From an uncultured virus (IMG/VR IMGVR_UViG_3300029705_003980) (Duplodnaviria; Heunggongvirae; Uroviricota; Caudoviricetes), in the IMG/VR virus record IMGVR_UViG_3300029705_003980: a stretch of 20,000 nucleotides of DNA, one strand, 5' to 3'. Position numbers and translations under genes: made by a program. Under the pieces are notes generated by a model. The model was given only the letters and a program-made list of their open reading frames with translations. It had not been told where the DNA came from and ran no database searches. Positions 15,522-20,000 of the stretch are shown one piece after another. Every line of letters begins with the position of its first letter. The stretch's first letter is position 1.

Positions 15522-15731
15522 ATGGCTGTCTCTTATAATAAGCTATGGCACATATTGATTGATAGAAAAATGCGAAAAAAGGACTTGCAGGAAGCAGCCG
15601 GACTAACACCACACATTATGCTTGTTTTACGCAAAAATAAGCATATTACAACTACAACAATATGGAAAATATGCAAAGCTCTAAACTGCACCGCAGATGA
15701 TTTTTTGGAGTTTGTTGAAGTGGAGGGTTGA
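15522..15731 (+). CDS. Cro/C1-type (HTH_26) small regulator
   Basis: AGGAGGTG RBS. SYNKLWHILIDRKMRKKDL...KICKALNC..DD. Confidence 0.88.
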   Translation: MAVSYNKLWHILIDRKMRKKDLQEAAGLTPHIMLVLRKNKHITTTTIWKICKALNCTADDFLEFVEVEG

Positions 15732-15736
15732 TACTG

Positions 15737-16513
15737 ATGGGAAAAGTGTTTTTTACTTCTGACCTTCATTTCGGACACACAAATGTTATAACCTTCGACA
15801 AAAGACCATTTGAAACTGTGGATGAAATGGACGCAGAACTAATAAAGCGTTGGAATAACAAGGTTGGAAAAGGCGACCTTGTATATGTTTTGGGAGATAT
15901 GATTTGGAAGTCCTCTAACAATGATGCAGAAAGCCTTATAAAAGGTCTTAACGGACAGATTATTCTAATTAAAGGAAATCACGATAGATTTCTCAAAAAT
16001 GCAAAGGCTAAAAAGGCTCTTTCCGGAATCAAGGAATATGACGATATTGTTGTTACACTTGAGGATGGAACGAAACGCAGATGTATTTTGAGCCATTATT
16101 ATATGCCTTTTTACAATGGGCATCTTTATCAAACAATACTGCTGCATGGGCATTCTCATATTTCACGAGAATCGGAAATGGAACGAGAAATGTCTCGTAC
16201 TCTCAATCAAAGAGGCTTCCCAAATGAAATATATAATGTTGGTTGTATGTATTGGAATTACGAGCCTGTAACTTTGGATGAGATTCTCGCAAAGAAACCA
16301 CAGCCTTCGGTTTTCACCAATTATGACAGGGTTCGGTCATTAAACATTGAAGATATGGCAAAGGGCATTAAATGTCCTTTGGAGGGTTTCGATGATATAA
16401 CGGATATGGGATTTACTTCTATGGAATGTATAGACCCTACCGGGTGCAGAGAGTGCTGTGTTGATTGGCTGAAAAGTGAAGCAAAAAGTAATAATATAGG
16501 AGGTTATGCTTAA
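15737..16513 (+). CDS. Calcineurin-like phosphoesterase 3 (COG4186-like) with a Cys-rich C-terminal extension
   Basis: FTSDLHFGH, LIKRWN, LGD, GNHD, LSHY, HGHSH and NVG motifs; GGAGG RBS. Confidence 0.88.
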   Translation: MGKVFFTSDLHFGHTNVITFDKRPFETVDEMDAELIKRWNNKVGKGDLVYVLGDMIWKSSNNDAESLIKGLNGQIILIKGNHDRFLKNAKAKKALSGIKEYDDIVVTLEDGTKRRCILSHYYMPFYNGHLYQTILLHGHSHISRESEMEREMSRTLNQRGFPNEIYNVGCMYWNYEPVTLDEILAKKPQPSVFTNYDRVRSLNIEDMAKGIKCPLEGFDDITDMGFTSMECIDPTGCRECCVDWLKSEAKSNNIGGYA

Positions 16514-16971
16514 TGAAATGGACAGTAAAAAATTTTGATGATAGCATTCCGGCAATAGCGGATTATGATTTATTTCCTTATTTTGAGGAATTTCTTTTAA
16601 AGCTCAAGAAAAAGAAAGTAACACGAGAAGAATTTGCTAAAGAAATACGCAGAGAATTGATGTATCATTATTGGTCGAGATGTGAATATGAAATATTTAT
16701 TGTAAAGGAAAATGATGGGCGCTTATACCTTTTACCACATTGTGGTGGTAGAGACAAAGACACTCCTTTTCTTGATGTTACCGATGATACGAGTTTTGAC
16801 TGGAAAGGTTTTGCTGAAATGCATATAAATAAGCAGATTTATGGTGATAAGGCAAAAATAGATATTTGGAATCAAATCGAATATAGGTTTGATGAATTTA
16901 TTTCTTACTGCTGGGAAGGTATACATAAAAGAAAATCTCCTCGAAAGAAAGGTGCAGCAAATGAAACTTGA
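16513..16971 (+). CDS. Hypothetical protein
   Basis: AGGAGG RBS and TAATG coupling; YHYWSRCEYEI and KIDIWNQI motifs. Confidence 0.8.
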   Translation: MKWTVKNFDDSIPAIADYDLFPYFEEFLLKLKKKKVTREEFAKEIRRELMYHYWSRCEYEIFIVKENDGRLYLLPHCGGRDKDTPFLDVTDDTSFDWKGFAEMHINKQIYGDKAKIDIWNQIEYRFDEFISYCWEGIHKRKSPRKKGAANET

Positions 16972-17722
16972 AATCGTACAAGACTTATTACTTGCATGTT
17001 CTGACGAGAAAATAATCGAAGAAGTTATTAAAAAAGAAGGCTACAAGAAGAAAAAAACTGTATATGAAGTTTATACTCCTCTGTTGGCTGATTTAAGAAG
17101 CCGAACGGTCGAGCCACAAAAAGATATTATTTTTGGTATCGAACATATTGTTGACGGAGAGCCTTCTGCTGATGCACTCCTTTACACTTGGTATGAATTA
17201 GAGTATGATTTTAAGCGGAGCGAAGAATATGAGTCAATAACAGATATTGATGCCTTACCCGATGAAAGCGTGGAACAGCTTATAAAATTAAAGTTTACGC
17301 CCAACTGCTATGGTTATGAATATTTGAACTGGGACATTATATTGGGATTTAAAATTGATGCTCACAATGCAGAGACTTTTGGAAAGGCTCGGTTGTTTGC
17401 AAATGTTCTTTCAGAAATGACATTCTTTGGTTTAACCGAGGAAGTAATAGAAGAAGCCAGACAAAGAGTGAGAAAAATAAATGCCACACTTAATGAGATT
17501 TTTGCACTTCCGCCAGACGAGCAATCAAAGTATTTAGCCTCTTGGGAAGATGTAAAAGCAAGCCTCGGAATTGACGATAAACCTTCTGCTGAAAAAGAAG
17601 TGTTCCATAAAACGATGAACAGAGAAATATTGAGAAATAAGCTCATTGCCTATAATACCATTAAGGACTATATGCTTCGCAAAGAATACGAACAGTCAAT
17701 GCAACTTCAAGAAAATCAGTAG
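16961..17722 (+). CDS. Hypothetical protein (possibly DUF6557-like)
   Basis: AAAGGTG RBS before ATG 16961. The W..ILG and L.EMTFFG motif resemblance is recalled, so the family call is tentative. Confidence 0.7.
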   Translation: MKLEIVQDLLLACSDEKIIEEVIKKEGYKKKKTVYEVYTPLLADLRSRTVEPQKDIIFGIEHIVDGEPSADALLYTWYELEYDFKRSEEYESITDIDALPDESVEQLIKLKFTPNCYGYEYLNWDIILGFKIDAHNAETFGKARLFANVLSEMTFFGLTEEVIEEARQRVRKINATLNEIFALPPDEQSKYLASWEDVKASLGIDDKPSAEKEVFHKTMNREILRNKLIAYNTIKDYMLRKEYEQSMQLQENQ

Positions 17723-17732
17723 GGGTATTTCT

Positions 17733-17870
17733 ATGAAAAAAACAGACGATAAACTAATACAGAAAAAACTGCTTTTTAAGGCATGGACAGGAATCCTGCT
17801 TGCAAAAGGGATAATTGACCCGGCGAGGCATAATCAAATGATTTCTTTGATTGAAAAAATGAGGAAGTAA
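17733..17870 (+). CDS. Small hypothetical protein, SHOCT-like (45 aa)
   Basis: AGGGG RBS; LLAKGIIDPARHNQMI motif. Confidence 0.6.
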   Translation: MKKTDDKLIQKKLLFKAWTGILLAKGIIDPARHNQMISLIEKMRK

Positions 17871-17887
17871 AAAGGTGAATTAACAAT

Positions 17888-18433
17888 ATGTACGATGTTA
17901 AAGAAAGAAAAAAGTTCAGAAATTTGACCATTGCAGAATTCACACAACAATTACAGGCATTGCCTCAAGCTGCAGAACTTTTGATATGTGGTGAGGATAC
18001 CTTCTTCCTTCATATGGAAAAAGACAAGTCTGTTGTTTGCATTGATACCGAGGATTTGGAGGATGTGTACATAGATGATAAAAATACCAGCCCCGAGGAT
18101 TTTTGGAATAATAGAGGTCTTTTGGAGCAAAGTAATACAAGGAAAATTCCTGATGAATTAGGTGAAATGCTGAATCAATTTGAGGAACAGAAAAAGGTTA
18201 TATATGCCCACTATGTTCAATTGGTGGATTCTGTTATTAGCGGTCAAATCAGTACAGAAAATGAAATTGAACGAATAATGGATGGGTTGATTGACTTTGG
18301 AGACGATGAGCATTTTCTTTCGTTATATAAAAAGCTGTGCCGCCATGTATTCTATACATACCCGCAGATGGTCGGTGAACACATACATCTGTTTCGGCTG
18401 CAATTTGAAGAAACCGAAGAAGAGGAATCATAA
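17888..18433 (+). CDS. Hypothetical protein, apparently two-domain
   Basis: AAGGTG RBS; 181-aa ORF in operon context. Confidence 0.75.
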   Translation: MYDVKERKKFRNLTIAEFTQQLQALPQAAELLICGEDTFFLHMEKDKSVVCIDTEDLEDVYIDDKNTSPEDFWNNRGLLEQSNTRKIPDELGEMLNQFEEQKKVIYAHYVQLVDSVISGQISTENEIERIMDGLIDFGDDEHFLSLYKKLCRHVFYTYPQMVGEHIHLFRLQFEETEEEES

Positions 18434-18435
18434 AA

Positions 18436-18639
18436 GTGAGTAAAAATAAAGAACTTACTATCACTTTCCATAATCCGAATAATGAAAATGACAGCAAGCT
18501 CATTGCGGAGGACTTTATTTCTCGTGCTTCTCAAAGTGTGGTAAAAGAGTATTTGTTGAATCAAGGAAAATTAGTGAGGGGTGAGCTGGATGTTTGTGAA
18601 AATAAAGATGTGGTGTCTGGAAACCCGGAACAAGATTAA
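18436..18639 (+). CDS. Small hypothetical protein
   Basis: GAGGA RBS and GTG start; fills the operon gap. Confidence 0.6.
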   Translation: MSKNKELTITFHNPNNENDSKLIAEDFISRASQSVVKEYLLNQGKLVRGELDVCENKDVVSGNPEQD

Positions 18640-19060
18640 AAATTTCAAATTAAAACGAAGATACCCTGATTACGAGGACAACGAATATAATTGTGATGAA
18701 TTGAAATTCATATGGGGTGTAAAGAGTTGGGACGATATGATTCCCGGTGATGCAACCTTTTTTACAATGAATGATTTGGATATAGTCTATGACCGAGAAA
18801 AAGAAGAATATTTGCTTGGTCTTGAAACCATATATTTATTTTCCGAAGGTAATAAAAGTGAGATTAAATATTTGGAAGACTTATTGGATAAGTTTACACA
18901 ATTCGCAGAAGACAATGGTTATATATCCGCAGAAGATAAACATTGTCTGCGTTGCATAGAAAGCAATGAGCCGTGGAGAGCAAAAACAATATCGGAATTA
19001 TACATAAGGTTTAAGATTTTTGTCTATGGCTATAAATCTGTAATTTCCGAGTTGTTATAA
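18590..19060 (+). CDS. Hypothetical protein
   Basis: GGGGTG RBS before ATG 18590; 156-aa ORF overlapping the previous gene. Confidence 0.7.
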   Translation: MFVKIKMWCLETRNKIKNFKLKRRYPDYEDNEYNCDELKFIWGVKSWDDMIPGDATFFTMNDLDIVYDREKEEYLLGLETIYLFSEGNKSEIKYLEDLLDKFTQFAEDNGYISAEDKHCLRCIESNEPWRAKTISELYIRFKIFVYGYKSVISELL

Positions 19061-19137
19061 AACCTTCCAGTGTATAGGTGGTAACTGGCGGTAAGCATAT
19101 ACCGACACAGCCGAGCTGAAATAACGCAGGATATGTC

Positions 19138-19162
19138 AAGAAGGTGGGAAGCCTTCTTTTTT
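19138..19162 (+). terminator. Rho-independent terminator ending the cargo operon
   Basis: AAGAAGG-TGGGAAG-CCTTCTT followed by a T run. Confidence 0.8.
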
Positions 19163-19203
19163 GTTTGAAAGTTGTGCAAATCGGAGAAATCAAACAAAAC
19201 GCA

Positions 19204-19232
19204 TTGTTTTTCACTTAAGAATATGATATAAT
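19204..19232 (+). promoter_or_regulatory. Putative sigma-A promoter
   Basis: TTGTTT-N17-TATAAT with extended TGn. Confidence 0.6.
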
Positions 19233-19273
19233 TTATGATAATGTATTACGATTTTACGGAAGGGTGAATTGCT

Positions 19274-19879
19274 ATGCCAGTTGTACCTGTAAATTTGGTG
19301 CTTGATGAAAAGACCTATGCAGGAGTGCTATCAGGAGCACTTGAACTTGGTGGATTAGTTAAAGATAAAGAATTAAAAAGAGTGAGAAAGCATCTTCCTA
19401 CAGTAGCGAAAGAAACAAAATCTGGCGTTGCAAAAGCTGTCGCAGTTATAAAAGACCACAAGGGTGCAGCTATTGGGGTTGGAATTGGTGCAGCAGTTGT
19501 TGCTGCCGGAGTTGGTGCTATTACATATTTTACGCAAAAGGATAAAAGAAAGGCTGAAAAACAATTCAGTAAATCTTTACATATATATTTGCAATCAGCT
19601 CAAAAAGGTGAAATATCACTTGAGATAGTTGAAGCCTTAATTGCAGACTTGGAAGTGGTATCTAAATTCTACGAAAACAAGGAATTACCATTAAAGTTGA
19701 CTGCAAAAGATTTGACCACCTTGTTTTATAGTATTTATGATTTTACAAAACGTCTCGCTGAAGCAAATAATATTTCAGTTTCAGAATTAAAGGCTCCTCA
19801 TAAATTCAAAAAGAATACAGTTGTTGACTTGCAAAACTATTTGAGAATACAAAAAGAAATACTTGAAAAAGCCGCTTGA
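19274..19879 (+). CDS. Hypothetical membrane-associated protein
   Basis: GGAAGGGTG RBS. One Gly/Ala-rich hydrophobic segment (GAAIGVGIGAAVVAAGVGAITYF) followed by basic residues. Confidence 0.8.
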   Translation: MPVVPVNLVLDEKTYAGVLSGALELGGLVKDKELKRVRKHLPTVAKETKSGVAKAVAVIKDHKGAAIGVGIGAAVVAAGVGAITYFTQKDKRKAEKQFSKSLHIYLQSAQKGEISLEIVEALIADLEVVSKFYENKELPLKLTAKDLTTLFYSIYDFTKRLAEANNISVSELKAPHKFKKNTVVDLQNYLRIQKEILEKAA

Positions 19880-19887
19880 ATGTCTGA

Positions 19888-19937
19888 TGAACCCATTGAT
19901 AGAATTTGAACCCCATAAATACGAAATGAACCCCATA
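19888..19937 (+). repeat. Three regularly spaced TGAACCC(C)AT direct repeats
   Basis: Copies start at 19888, 19907 and 19927 (spacing 19 and 20 bp). Confidence 0.7.
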
Positions 19938-20000
19938 TATAAATTCTATCAAAATATGCGTTATCTCACATAGAAACCGAATGATTTAGATGACATATCT

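Noticed and set aside
19062..19140. tRNA, SRP RNA, T-box or hammerhead ribozyme
   Set aside because: No T-loop GTTC, no SRP GGAA domain, no TGGNACC T-box and no CTGANGA/GAAA core.
19888..19937. CRISPR array
   Set aside because: The repeat unit (~10 bp) and period (~20 bp) are far too short, and there are no cas genes.

Overview
The window is AT-rich, Clostridia/Bacillota-like mobile DNA in three blocks. (1) 1-4739 (+) is the right end of a prophage: holin, amidase endolysin, terminator, an HTH/Zn-finger gene, a small SHOCT-like gene and two translationally coupled large serine recombinases (LSRs). (2) About 4756-11528 is a 6.7-kb module bracketed by a 42-bp imperfect inverted repeat (36/42 identical). 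It holds a six-gene minus-strand operon: a catalytically dead resolvase-fold protein, an LSR with an atypical C-terminal domain, two stand-alone paralogues of that domain and two ParB/Srx-fold proteins. It also holds two head-to-head paralogous XRE regulators, each followed by a related 36-bp dyad site. (3) 11583-20000 (+) is a cargo region with three different calcineurin-like metallophosphoesterases, two orphan antitoxin-like genes, many hypothetical genes, a structured intergenic element and short repeats at the window end. The best candidate for an undescribed system is block 2, a possibly invertible, multi-subunit serine-recombinase/ParB module. Protein family names come from motif recognition by eye; no database search was run.
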